Shown: piece by piece, positions 1 through 10,900 of the stretch
Layout: the number at the start of each line of letters is the position of its first letter
How positions within the stretch are numbered: position 1 is the stretch's first letter
Source of the DNA: Bacteroidales bacterium
GTDB lineage: Bacteria > Bacteroidota > Bacteroidia > Bacteroidales > Dysgonomonadaceae
DNA length: 64,000 bases
Assembly: GCA_012837345.1 (NCBI GenBank)
Contig: DURL01000003.1
Location: forward strand, 2,954 to 66,953
Direction of reading: 5' to 3'
Program-made: the position numbers and the translations under genes
Notes under the pieces: model-generated
Told to the model about the DNA's origin: nothing
Seen by the model: the letters and a program-made list of their open reading frames with translations, nothing else
Database searches by the model: none

Positions 1-869
1 TATGGTTCACCCAGCTTGTTGAGCGGTTTACCCGTGGTGGCATCAACCTGTAGCAGTGCAATGCCGCTATGCCACGATCCATATATCAGGTAATGTTTCC
101 CTTCGGGTGTCACGATATAGGTAGGGTCGATGGCGTTATAGTAGAAGTAGGCATCCCAACTGGAGAGGCTGGTGCGACTGTAGTTCAGTCCCCGATCGGA
201 TGAGGAGGTGGTTACGAAACCCTTATCGGTCCAGGCGGCACCGGCAGGATCGGTCGACTCACACATACCGATAAAGGCACGCTCAGTCCAGCTGCCATCG
301 AAGTTGGCCGACGTGTTGGCTTTTCCCGATTGGATGTAGTTGTCGATGATGATGCTGTAGTACATGCGCAGGACCTCCTGTCCCCCCACATTGACCCGCC
401 TGACGACAGGAGCCCAATAGCCGTACCTGATGTCCTTCGTGGCAATGGGATCGAGGCTCATGCGTGTCCGGATGGCGTTGAGCGAGTCGGCTACCCATGT
501 GGGGGCCTCATAAAAGGGTCCCCCCACCCAGTCCCAGTTGACCAGGTCGGTTGAACGCTTGCCCTGAAAATGACCATGCCCCTCATGCTCGTTTCCATAC
601 GAAGCATCGGTGCCGTACATGTAGTAGTATCCGTTGTAATACGCAACCGACGGGTCATGCACGTTGGCCAGATTCCATTGGCTTCGTTTCGACCAGGAGG
701 CTATCGCCGAATAATCGTCGGCGTAGGTGGGGATAATCCATCCCGTTCCATTTCCGGGCTCAGGCTCCGGCTCCTCCCCCCTGGGTTCAATCTCATCCTC
801 CTTGCTGCACCCTGCCAGCAGTAGTGCGGTTATGCTTATATATAAAAACAACAGATACTTGCGTTTCAT
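1..869 (-). CDS. GH43 endo-alpha-1,5-L-arabinanase lipoprotein, 3' end beyond the window
   Basis: Not in the ORF track. Manual translation from ATG at 869: MKRKYLLFLYISITALLLAGCSKEDEIE...NLANVHDPSV...YGYWAPVV...YNAIDPTY...IYGSWHSG, open to the window edge. Lipobox LAGC; GH43 HDP (base) and AIDP (pKa modulator) motifs. Confidence 0.9.
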   Translation of the reverse strand, partial: MKRKYLLFLYISITALLLAGCSKEDEIEPRGEEPEPEPGNGTGWIIPTYADDYSAIASWSKRSQWNLANVHDPSVAYYNGYYYMYGTDASYGNEHEGHGHFQGKRSTDLVNWDWVGGPFYEAPTWVADSLNAIRTRMSLDPIATKDIRYGYWAPVVRRVNVGGQEVLRMYYSIIIDNYIQSGKANTSANFDGSWTERAFIGMCESTDPAGAAWTDKGFVTTSSSDRGLNYSRTSLSSWDAYFYYNAIDPTYIVTPEGKHYLIYGSWHSGIALLQVDATTGKPLNKLGEP

Positions 870-886
870 CTCTCAAATTTTTTAAG

Positions 887-939
887 TTAGAAACTTCCTT
901 ATCAACATGCAGAAGTGAAGTCAATAAGGAAGTCTCTAA
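887..939 (-). other. Intergenic RNA stem-loop between susD and the GH43 gene
   Basis: Arms 887-902 and 924-939 form a 16-bp stem on the minus-strand RNA with one G-U pair; no U-tract follows. Confidence 0.65.
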
Positions 940-955
940 ATTAAGCAATTAATTC

Positions 956-2710
956 CTATTGTACAACAGGACGAATATTGTATTTCTCCTTGAATACAGG
1001 TCCGTTATCTTCGTTCTTGTTTGCCGAGTTCCCTTCAAGGTTGGGATTGGCATTCAGCGTAGATTGAAAGATCGGGAAATATTCATGTCCCTTGTAGTAA
1101 TAATTGAACGATGAGTCGTCAGCGGTTTCGGCTGTGAGCTCTTCGGTTGAGGCTGTTCCGTCACGCTTGTAATAGCCATGTTCTACCAACTGATTCAGAC
1201 GACCCTGATCGTAGAAGAATCCCCAGCGAAGCAGGTCGATGCCGCGTCCGTTTTCACAACCGAACTCCTTGGGTCGTTCCACATTTGCGATCTGCTCGAA
1301 AAGAGCATCAGCAGAGGGGAAGTCTGAAAGATTAAGGTCCGGGAGTGCCACACGACGGCGTACCTGGTTGATATAATCGATCGCCGTTTGGGTGGGACCG
1401 TTGATCTCATTCTCACACTCGGCAGCACGCAGCAACACATCGCTGTAACGCATCATGCGAAGATTTACACCACAATGCAACCCGTTGGTAATGGAGCTGT
1501 AGATGTTGTTTCTGGCATTGGTGAACTTGGCGATGGAGATACCTCCCTGGGCATTGTTCGACAAGGGTGTTTGGGTAATTTCATTCTGATAGACCACATT
1601 GCTGCGAGGGTCTCCATTCGGATAGGCTGCTGTTTTCTGATCGGTATAGGTGCTGTATTCCTCTTCGTAGGTGACCAGCGTCCAATACAAACGAGGGTCG
1701 AGACGACCATCCGTGGAATTCTCCTTTATAAACAGGTTGTACAACCAGGGTGAGCCGGCAAGGTCACCCCAGCTGCCCAATTCCTGGGAAGCATAATTGC
1801 TCTCAACAGCGTGTCCCTGAGTGGCTTCCGAACTAATGTTTACCGGTGTCCACTCTTCGTCGGTACCCCCTGTTCCATAATCCAGAAATTGCACCTCGAA
1901 GAGGCTCTCTACATTATTCTCATAGGGTGAACCTTCTCTGAAGTTATCGCCATAGTCGGCAGTGAGCGCATAATGTCCGTACTTGCCCCCAATGATATCT
2001 TTCAGGATGGCGTATGCCTCAGAAAATTTATGGCGGAACATCAATGTCCGGGCCATATATCCCGCAGCAGCACCGCTTGTGGCACGCCCCTGTGCCCATT
2101 CACCCCCCTTATCGCGTGAGGGAAGCATCTCCATCGCCAGAGCCAGGTCAACCTCAATCTGGTCAAACACCTCGTCCTGGGTATTGTTGGGTGCATACAT
2201 GGTGTTGATATCGGAATAGGAGGCGTAGTCGGTAATCAAGGGTACCGTCTGATAATATGTAGAGAGGTGATAGTAAGCCAGGGATCTCAGGAAGAGTGCC
2301 TGTCCGGCAATCTGATTGTATGACTCCTGCGACATCTCGACGGCATCCACTTTCGACAACACAAAATTTGTGCGGTTCACCACATGATACCAGTCGCGCC
2401 AGATCCACTGGTCTCCAATCTCAATCGTTCCCGGTGAGTTGAGATTGTCATACTCCAGATACCACTGTTGAGAGGAGTTCCAGACTTCGTCGCCACGCAC
2501 GGCATCCATGGTATAGCCCACACGGGCAAAAGAACCTTCGAGTCGGATACGGTTGTAACAGGCGATGACAGCCTCCTGCAGTTCTGTCTCCGATTCGCCG
2601 AAATCGTAGGTTGTCTGATTGTTCGGGTTTACAACATTGAGCTGGTCGTTGCAGGCTGTCAAGCCTCCAACAAGCGCCAACATCATCAAGAATCTATTTA
2701 AATTTTTCAT
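956..2710 (-). CDS. susD: SusD/RagB-family outer-membrane glycan-binding lipoprotein
   Basis: Lipobox GLTAC; GQALFLRSLAYYHL, FEVQF, RYSDVLLRAAE and ERPKEFGCENGRGIDLLRWG SusD-type motifs; directly downstream of a SusC. Confidence 0.95.
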   Translation of the reverse strand: MKNLNRFLMMLALVGGLTACNDQLNVVNPNNQTTYDFGESETELQEAVIACYNRIRLEGSFARVGYTMDAVRGDEVWNSSQQWYLEYDNLNSPGTIEIGDQWIWRDWYHVVNRTNFVLSKVDAVEMSQESYNQIAGQALFLRSLAYYHLSTYYQTVPLITDYASYSDINTMYAPNNTQDEVFDQIEVDLALAMEMLPSRDKGGEWAQGRATSGAAAGYMARTLMFRHKFSEAYAILKDIIGGKYGHYALTADYGDNFREGSPYENNVESLFEVQFLDYGTGGTDEEWTPVNISSEATQGHAVESNYASQELGSWGDLAGSPWLYNLFIKENSTDGRLDPRLYWTLVTYEEEYSTYTDQKTAAYPNGDPRSNVVYQNEITQTPLSNNAQGGISIAKFTNARNNIYSSITNGLHCGVNLRMMRYSDVLLRAAECENEINGPTQTAIDYINQVRRRVALPDLNLSDFPSADALFEQIANVERPKEFGCENGRGIDLLRWGFFYDQGRLNQLVEHGYYKRDGTASTEELTAETADDSSFNYYYKGHEYFPIFQSTLNANPNLEGNSANKNEDNGPVFKEKYNIRPVVQ

Positions 2711-2736
2711 ATCAATGTCTTATTTTAATTTCAGTA

Positions 2737-5700
2737 TCAGAATGAAAAGTTCACACCAAACATGATAGAGCGTGGGGTTGGGTAGGATGAATAGTTGTAA
2801 CCGGGTGTAAATGTGCCTCCGGCGAAATCCACGTTGTAACCCCTGTATTTGCTCAATGTAGCGAGATTCTGTGCTGTTGCATATATGCGTACATTGTTCA
2901 GATAACTGCCAAACCATTTGTCCGGGAAATTATAACCGAGAGTGATATTGGCAATCTTCAGATAGGTAGCATCCTGCAGGAAGCGTTCGCTGAACATATT
3001 GTTGGTGATGGAACCGGCCGATTTGTATGCCACGCGCGGCACATCGGTGTTCATGTTGTCCGGTGTCCATGCATTCAACATATCCACACTTTTGTTGAGT
3101 GTGCCGTATGAGCTGCGCAATGTCACATCCACAAAATCGACCACCTTGAATCCTGCAGCGCCATAGGTCGACAAGCTGAGGTCAAAACCTTTCCATTCAA
3201 GACGAGCATTCAGTCCAAAATGTACTTTTGGCAAACCACTACCCAGGAATGTCTGGTCTTCGTTGGTGATTTCACCGTCGTTGTTGAGGTCGGCGTATGC
3301 CACATCACCCGGTTGTGCCCCGGCCTGATTGATGTACATTCCTTCGTCGTTCACACGGTTATCAATCTCCTCCTGCGACTGGAAGATTCCCTCGTAGACG
3401 TATCCGTAGAATGAACCCACTTCACGACCTATCTCTGTGCGGCTGTAACTGTCGTTACGCGGTTCTCCTGAAACACCCAGCTTGGTCACCTTGTTGCTGA
3501 GAGTAGAGAAGTTGGCAGTAACATCATACCTGAAATCATTGTGACGATTGCGGTAGGTAACCAGAAACTCAAGTCCGCTGTTTTCCATTGTCGCAGCGTT
3601 CATTGTTACGGTTTCATTGGTAGCACCCGCATTTGCCGGCACCGCAACACTATAGAGCAGATCTTCAGAGATTGCCTTGTACCAGTCGATGTTGAACTCC
3701 AGCTTGTTGTTGAACATGCCAAGGTCGAGGCCTATGTCAAGCATTTTCTTTTTCTCCCACCGGATGGCCGTGTTTACGTAGTCTGAAATGGATGAACCGG
3801 TAACCTTGTTATTTCCAAAGCTATAGGTGTAGTTTCCTCTCGCCATCACAGCCATATACTGGTATTCACCAATGTTCTCATTCCCCAGTTCACCATAGCT
3901 TCCGCGAAGCTTCAGCAGGTTGATGAGATAGGGATCTACAGGAAAGAAGTTTTCACGTTCGATGCGCCAGCCTGCCGACACCGATGGGAACCAGCCCCAG
4001 CGATCCTCAGAAGAGAGACGACTGGAACCATCACGACGCACTGTAGCAGAAAGAAGATACTTTTGATCGAAATTGTAGTTGAGACGACCAATATAGGATG
4101 CCAGCACGTGCTCGCTCTCGAAGCTTGTTGCGGATGTTTCCTCCGCATTGTTTACCTGCAGGTAGTAGGGTTCAGGCAAGTTAACCCCTTTGCCGGTCAG
4201 CGTGTGATAGAGCTCGCGTTGGAAGGTCTGACCAAGCACCACGTTGAAGTGATTACGTCCAAATTTCCCATCATAGGTCAACAGGTTCTCCATCAGTGCA
4301 TCGCTGTAGTTGCGATATCCCTGCGACAGGTTCTCATTGCTCTTTGAGAGGTAATTGGTTGTACTCTGGATAAACGCGGGAACAAAAGTGAAGTCCTTTG
4401 CAAATGTCTTGCTGTAGGAGAGGTTCAGTTTGTAATCAAAGGTGTGATTCTCATTTTTCCTGCCAACCATATCAAAAAGGTCGACCGTTGCCGAACCTGA
4501 TGCAACAATGCGGTCTACAACTGCATTTCTTTCCAGCAGACTGTTGGTGAGCAGCACATTGGTGACACGCAGGTCGCCATGTACATCGTCGTAGTAGGTG
4601 CCATACCCGTAAGAATCATAGCTGTATTGTGATGCAGCCGAGATTTTGTCGTCGAGCACCCAGGTCGATTCATCATAAGCCTTAATGGTTGGAGGTAAAA
4701 TCAGCGCCGAGGCCATCACGGGAAACTGTTCACCATAGAGTCCCTGTACATACTCGTTGGCATTACTGAGTGCCATATTATCCTGGTCGCTGTGGCTATA
4801 GACGATGTTGGTCTGAAGCTTGACGAACTTGGCATCCATGGTATTGTTGATACGCGCCGTGTAACGCTCGAAGTTAGGACCTGCGCCCACCATGGTTCCC
4901 TCCTGTTTGAAATAGTCGAGGCCGATGTTATAGGTGTTGTTGGCACCTCCACCGGAGATGTTGATGTTGTGATTCTGACGGATACCTGTTTTGAACGCTT
5001 CGTTGAACCAGTTTGTGTTCACCACACCGGGATCGATATATTTTTCACTTGCTGGATTGTAGCCGGCAGGGACATCCATGTTGCTGTTTTGGAATGCCAT
5101 GTTGATGTATTGACCATACTGTTTGGAGTCCATCACATCATACACACCACTTCGCACCTTGTCAACACCCATGTAACCGCTGTAATCGATCTTCATGGGT
5201 TTGTTCCTGGCACCCTGCTTGGTGGTGATGATCACCACGCCGTTTGCTGCGCGTGAACCATAGATGGCAGCGGCAGAAGCATCTTTCAGTACCTGCAGCG
5301 TCTCAATATCATTTGGTGAGAAGTCACGGATGGTTGTTCCCATGGGTACACCATCCACAACATATAGCGGAGCGGTGCTGCCAAAGGAGCCGACCCCACG
5401 GATACGTACTGTGGGGTCTGCACCCGGTTGTCCGTCAGTTGTAATCTGAACACCTGCAACTTTACCCTCCAGCATGGTCGAGATATTGGAATGGGAAACC
5501 TTCTTCATCTCATCTGTGTTGACCACAGCCACTGAACCGGTAAGGTCCACCTTGCGTTGTGTACCATAGCCTACTACTACCACCTGGTCGAGAACCTGCA
5601 AATCAGATACCATGGTGATAATTCCCAGCTCATTTCTTCCGGCCACGTTTATTTCTACAGTTTTGGATCCCACAAATGAGATGATCAGCGTAGCATCTGC

Positions 5701-5958
5701 GGGAACAGATAGCGTGAAGCTGCCATCGGCACCGGTCACGGTACCAACGGTTGTACCGGGTTGTTGTATGGTTGCACCCGGAAGCGGATCTCCATACTCA
5801 TCGATCACGATACCTTTAACAGTGATCCTGTCTGCTTGTGTCATCAGTGCCTGTCCGGCATTGTCGTTTCCTTCTGCATAAGCTGCCGGTGCAAGGGCCA
5901 ATAATCCCAACAAGATTATAAATGTGTATTTCATATGATTGTAATATTTTATTTTCAT
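2737..5958 (-). CDS. susC: SusC-family TonB-dependent transporter
   Basis: N-terminal carboxypeptidase-like domain, VVVGYG, plug motif LKDASAAAIYGSRAANGVVIITTK, RYDGSS-like TVRRDGSSR, terminal aromatic NFSF. Start may be 5958 or 5934. Confidence 0.97.
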   Translation of the reverse strand: MKIKYYNHMKYTFIILLGLLALAPAAYAEGNDNAGQALMTQADRITVKGIVIDEYGDPLPGATIQQPGTTVGTVTGADGSFTLSVPADATLIISFVGSKTVEINVAGRNELGIITMVSDLQVLDQVVVVGYGTQRKVDLTGSVAVVNTDEMKKVSHSNISTMLEGKVAGVQITTDGQPGADPTVRIRGVGSFGSTAPLYVVDGVPMGTTIRDFSPNDIETLQVLKDASAAAIYGSRAANGVVIITTKQGARNKPMKIDYSGYMGVDKVRSGVYDVMDSKQYGQYINMAFQNSNMDVPAGYNPASEKYIDPGVVNTNWFNEAFKTGIRQNHNINISGGGANNTYNIGLDYFKQEGTMVGAGPNFERYTARINNTMDAKFVKLQTNIVYSHSDQDNMALSNANEYVQGLYGEQFPVMASALILPPTIKAYDESTWVLDDKISAASQYSYDSYGYGTYYDDVHGDLRVTNVLLTNSLLERNAVVDRIVASGSATVDLFDMVGRKNENHTFDYKLNLSYSKTFAKDFTFVPAFIQSTTNYLSKSNENLSQGYRNYSDALMENLLTYDGKFGRNHFNVVLGQTFQRELYHTLTGKGVNLPEPYYLQVNNAEETSATSFESEHVLASYIGRLNYNFDQKYLLSATVRRDGSSRLSSEDRWGWFPSVSAGWRIERENFFPVDPYLINLLKLRGSYGELGNENIGEYQYMAVMARGNYTYSFGNNKVTGSSISDYVNTAIRWEKKKMLDIGLDLGMFNNKLEFNIDWYKAISEDLLYSVAVPANAGATNETVTMNAATMENSGLEFLVTYRNRHNDFRYDVTANFSTLSNKVTKLGVSGEPRNDSYSRTEIGREVGSFYGYVYEGIFQSQEEIDNRVNDEGMYINQAGAQPGDVAYADLNNDGEITNEDQTFLGSGLPKVHFGLNARLEWKGFDLSLSTYGAAGFKVVDFVDVTLRSSYGTLNKSVDMLNAWTPDNMNTDVPRVAYKSAGSITNNMFSERFLQDATYLKIANITLGYNFPDKWFGSYLNNVRIYATAQNLATLSKYRGYNVDFAGGTFTPGYNYSSYPTPRSIMFGVNFSF

Positions 5959-5963
5959 AATGA

Positions 5964-7679
5964 TTAGTCTACCAGTACAACATAAGCCCCTTCAATTACC
6001 AGTGCACAATTCAGATCGGAGCTGTCCACCGTGAAGCCCTCATACTTCTGGAAGTGGGTCTCGCCGTTCACGTAGGTTACATTGTAAAGCACATCGGCCG
6101 TATCGTCACCATTGTTTGTCACGGTGATCTCCACCCTGGATCCATTGATGCTGGATGTGAATACATCCCAGTTCCAGTTTGAGGTAGCGGTAGCAGTGGC
6201 ATAGCCGTCGCCCCATCCGAAGTTGTCCATACGCACCACCCCATATTCAGTCATGTCGGCTTTACGCAGAATTGTACATGGGCTGTGAAAGGGTTCCCGG
6301 TTGCTGGAGTAGCAATACATGTTGAGCGTCTTGCTCTGGCCCGATGGAATGTGATAGTCATCAGAGAACACGGTCCACCATCCTGTAGAGAAGTCATTGG
6401 CACCCACCTGGGCTGTACCCTTCACCATCGTGACCGGACAGTTTACGGTAACCGTGCTTGTGGCACCCACATAGGTGATTACGGCATTTTGAGTACCTTC
6501 GGCAGCCGGGATCTTACTGAATTTAAGACCTGAGTTGGCCAGGACACCTGATGTACCGTCTGAATAGGTAGCGTTAACCACCAATCCTTTCGGATTGAAC
6601 AGGACTGAGTCGGGACTAAAGAAATAATACTCGGTTAAGTCTGGCATGGCAGTGATCTCCATACTGGCAACCGGATTTGTAACCTCCAGGGTATAGAACG
6701 TTGATACTGCCGGGCCGTATGCCCCTTGTTTTGTTTTGCTGTATGACACAATCACCGTCTTCTCACCGAGAGTAGTCATATCCGGTACAACCGTAAACGA
6801 GATGTCATCAGGATTCACCTGTTCTGACGATCCGTCGGCATAGGTAACTGTGGCGACAGCATCACCCCAGAAATCCTCGTTGCCAAACTCCACAAACTCG
6901 GGAGCACCCTCCACTGAAATGGATACCGGATTCACATCCTCCACAACAGTGACCTTTGAGGGGATGAGGTAAGCTTTCTTCATTTCAAAATAGCTGCCGT
7001 CGCAAACCAGGAAAGCGACGATATTTTTAGCGGCAGAAACCGGTTGCTGGTAAGTCATCACCAGCTCAACCCCATTGGTGCCGACTGCTGTAGCCGTGAC
7101 AAACACATTGCCGGTAGCTGAGTGATCCACCTCCAGTGTGACAGTGGCACCTTGCATGGTGGTGCGGAAGTCGTTCCATATATCGCCATCACCGTCTACG
7201 TCGGGATAGTCGAAGGCGATCATGCCACCATCGTAGGCATAACCCTCGTCGGCCATGGTGCCTCCCCAGCCGTATGCATCGGAACGAAGCACAAAATACT
7301 CCTTATAGCCATCACCGTCACGATCTGCCACTTCATTGGTAACAGCAAGGTTCCAGTTGTTCCAGTTGTTGACACCGGTGCCATGGTTCACAAACTCCAG
7401 ATGCAACAGCTTGTTAACAGGAATAGCAAAATAATCAGAGAAAGCGGTCCACCAACCGGCACTGTTATCTTCAGCCCCTACAATTGCTGTAGCGATGTCA
7501 ATGTAGGTAGTGTCACCGGTTGAGTGTTTAGCCTTTTCGGCAGCAATCGAGTCGATCCTGCTCTGCAGGTCAGAGGGCGCCACAATTGAGTAGGTCTCAA
7601 GTTTCTCGCATCCCATTAAGGCAATCGCTGCCAAAAGCGATGCGAAAAAAGCACCTTTAATCAGTTTTGATGTTTTCAT
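5964..7679 (-). CDS. Surface glycan-binding lipoprotein with two repeated modules flanking Ig-like (Big_3-type) domains
   Basis: Lipobox ALMGC; repeated motif VGAxDxSxGWWTxFSD (twice); Ig-like segments with VTYADG and ATYSDG; lies upstream of susC as in Bacteroides arabinan PULs. Confidence 0.75.
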   Translation of the reverse strand: MKTSKLIKGAFFASLLAAIALMGCEKLETYSIVAPSDLQSRIDSIAAEKAKHSTGDTTYIDIATAIVGAEDNSAGWWTAFSDYFAIPVNKLLHLEFVNHGTGVNNWNNWNLAVTNEVADRDGDGYKEYFVLRSDAYGWGGTMADEGYAYDGGMIAFDYPDVDGDGDIWNDFRTTMQGATVTLEVDHSATGNVFVTATAVGTNGVELVMTYQQPVSAAKNIVAFLVCDGSYFEMKKAYLIPSKVTVVEDVNPVSISVEGAPEFVEFGNEDFWGDAVATVTYADGSSEQVNPDDISFTVVPDMTTLGEKTVIVSYSKTKQGAYGPAVSTFYTLEVTNPVASMEITAMPDLTEYYFFSPDSVLFNPKGLVVNATYSDGTSGVLANSGLKFSKIPAAEGTQNAVITYVGATSTVTVNCPVTMVKGTAQVGANDFSTGWWTVFSDDYHIPSGQSKTLNMYCYSSNREPFHSPCTILRKADMTEYGVVRMDNFGWGDGYATATATSNWNWDVFTSSINGSRVEITVTNNGDDTADVLYNVTYVNGETHFQKYEGFTVDSSDLNCALVIEGAYVVLVD

Positions 7680-7861
7680 ACGGTAATATTTATTTTATAC
7701 ATTAAACTCCTTTGGAATGAATCCAATAAGTGATGAGAAACAGTCTGGCTCTCCTTGATCATCACATTCCGGAGAACGGGTTACACAAATCTGGTTAAGA
7801 TAACATTTTCAGGGCATATCAAAAAATTAAGCAACTTTTGACTAAAAAAACATACTTTAAT

Positions 7862-7921
7862 ATGTGCAAAGATTCGAATTGTTGGGTTAACGAAGGTGGA
7901 CAAAAGGCTAAATTAGGTGGA
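7862..7921 (-). promoter_or_regulatory. PUL transport-operon promoter with direct-repeat operator (TCCACC-N15-TCCACC) and -7 element AATCTTTG
   Basis: Half-sites at 7916-7921 and 7895-7900 (minus strand, 21-bp period); TTTG at 7867-7870, 24 nt after the second half-site. Confidence 0.75.
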
Positions 7922-7998
7922 GAAACGAACAACCCATTTCTTTTAACTATTGGCAGCACATTAAAAGGTTCATCGGGATTTCTTCTATCCCGGAATCA

Positions 7999-10900
7999 CT
8001 ACTTCTCCAGCAGTTTACTTGGCGTGATATTGAACTGACGCGAAAAACAGCGGGTGAAATATTTCGGATCATTGAATCCCACTGCGTAGGCAATATCCGC
8101 AATATTTTTGTTTTTGGTCTTCTTATTCTGAAGTATGATGTTGTAAGCCAGATTAAGCCGGTATATCCTGATGAATTCACCTGCCGACTTACCACTCAAC
8201 GCCTTCAGTTTCTTGTTCATCAGCGACTTGCTCACACCCACCGTATCGGCAAAATCGGACACCTCGAAATAGGAATTGTGGTAATTCTCTTTCATCACCT
8301 CCAACACCTTGTCCATGAATTTTTTGTCGTTCGACTCTTCACTGATTTCCAATGTTTCGATCGACATCTCATCGATAAATTTCTGTTGATATCTCTCACG
8401 TGTCTCCAAAATATTACGGATACGGGTGAGCAGCATGTTTTCATCGAAGGGCTTCACGATATAAGAATCAACGCCCATGCGATAACTGTCGGTACGGGCT
8501 TTTTCTGATGTCTTTGCAGTGAGCATCAAAAATGGAATATGCGACAGGGTGAAATTCTCCTTCACTTTTCTCGAAAGCTCAAGGCCATCCATCTCGGGCA
8601 TCATTAAATCACTGATGATGAAATCCACATTGTAATGCTCCAGGATCTTATATGCTTCCACACCGTTGCCGGCTTCAAGCGTATTGTAATGGGGAGACAA
8701 CAGTGAACAGACGTAGCGGCACATGTCTCTGTTGTCTTCAACAACCAGGAAGGTGAGTCTATCCTTCTGCCATTCCCTCAGGTTCTGCACATTGAGACCT
8801 TTCTCATCAGCGTGAAAGCTCTTTGCATCCTGAGCCACCTGTGATTGCGGGTTGGACGTATGCAATGGCAGAATAATCCGGAAGGAGGTGCCGGCTTTTC
8901 GGTTGTTCTTTATCCAGATATTTCCTCCGAGAGCCTCCACCACCTGTTTGGTCAGATAAAGGCCAATTCCGGTACCGCTCTGCCCGTGCACAGGGTAGAT
9001 CAGATGGTTACGTGACTGATAAAAGCGCCTGAACACTTTCTCCTTATCCTCCTCGGGGATCCCTGTACCACTATCCTTCACAGCAAGGTACAATTTTTCG
9101 TTGTTGGTTGTGCGCTCCCTGAGTGATTTCACATAAACCGTGATCACCCCCCGGTTGGGTGTGTATTTGATGGCATTGGATATCAAGTTGGTCAGGATCT
9201 TGCGTATTCCTTCATCATCGAAATAAAAGTCAGGATTTGACAGATCATACCTCCTCAGCAACTGAATATCCCTGTCACCGGCTTGAAAATCGAAAGGAGT
9301 AACCACCGACTCAATAAAATCCCGGAAATCTCCTTTCCTGTAGCTCACATCCAGCTTATTGGATTCGATTTTGCGGAAATCCATCAGTTGATTGATCAGT
9401 GTCAGCAGATATTTGGAGTTTCTTTCGGCAAAATGCAACTGTTCAATCACGTAGGGATTGGTACTCAATTTAAGTGCTCTTTCTACTGGCCCTGCTATCA
9501 ACGTGATAGGGGTGCGAAACTCATGTGACACATTGGTGAAAAAGTCGAGTCTCTCCGTGGTCATCTTTCGCATTTTCCGCGACATCTCCACCAGTTGTTC
9601 TTTCTGCCGCGTGATCTTCTCATTCTGTTCACTTAAAAGCAGGTTGCGCTGTGACAGCTCATTTTTCTGAGTTGTCAAGACACCCTTCTGCTTCTCAATC
9701 TCCTCGGTACGGTCATCCACGATTTGCTTCAGCACCTTCTGTTGATGCTCGTATGATCGGACCCGCCAGATATGGAGCATGATGATCGCAAGCACAACCA
9801 GCAGGAGCATCAGGGAGATGAACCAGACGGTTTTATAGAAATAGGGTTTGATCCGGAGATTGATCTGTGTCACCTCTCCTGTATCCAGCCTCTCTTTTGG
9901 CACATACTTAACCTGAAACTGATAAGTACCGGCCGGCAGGTTCATATAGGTCACCGTATGGGCATTTTTCTCCAGTTCAATCCAGTTGTCATCATACCCC
10001 ATAAGCCGATAGGCATATACATAATTGCTAATGGCCCGGTAAGTAAGGGCTGAGAAATCGATCGAGAAGGATCGGGTCTTTTCATGCAGGATGATCTCAT
10101 CCGCCACGGAGATGTCTTCTCTGATGATTTTGCCCGGGTTCACTCTTTCGTTGTTCACGTAGAAATCGGTCAATGTAACCCGGAATGCTGCATTATTCGA
10201 TCGTATCATCTCCGGGTCCACAGCCACCAGTCCGTCAAGGGTGCCAAAATAGAGCAGTCCGCTCTTCGCCTTAGCGTATGCGTTCCAGTAAAACTGGCTG
10301 GAGACAAGACCATCTTCCTCGTAATAATTGGTGAAGCTGTTGTTGTTCCTGTTGTAACAGGACAACCCGTTAATCGTACTGATCCACAGATTACCCCTCT
10401 CATCCTCCAGCAGACCCTTCACATTGTTGTTGGCCAGTCCATCGGAGGTTGTGTAGGATTGAAATGTGTATGATCCATCCTCATTGGTCATCCGTTTGTA
10501 AATGCCGAAGCCGTCGCTTCCCAGCCACATAACGCCCTCGGAATCGATGCAAAAACTGGTTATTCGCTCAATCAGCTTCGATTGGGGATCGTCGAGCTTA
10601 TACTTCAGGTGAACATATGAAAAAGTATGGTCCTCCTGCCGGTTCAGATCAATGACATATACCCCTTCCGCACACCCCATCCATAGTTGGTTGTCGTTGT
10701 CGATCACCGAGCCTATGATTCCGTTGATTTGATCCGACAGGTTGTCACGGAAGGGTTTTTCCAGGCTCTCTTTTTCAATATCGTAGCAGAAGAGACCCTG
10801 GTTCGTTCCGATCCACATGGCATTGTTAAGCCTGTCAAAAGTGAGTGCCCCGACGAAATCGACCAGGAATTGGGGATATTGACCGGAATGGATGTACCTC

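Noticed and set aside
7680-7862. About 180-nt leader of the transport operon as a riboswitch or sRNA
   Set aside because: Only short 6-bp helices (GGAATG/CATTCC, TGATGA/TCATCA) were found, with no recognisable aptamer or terminator.
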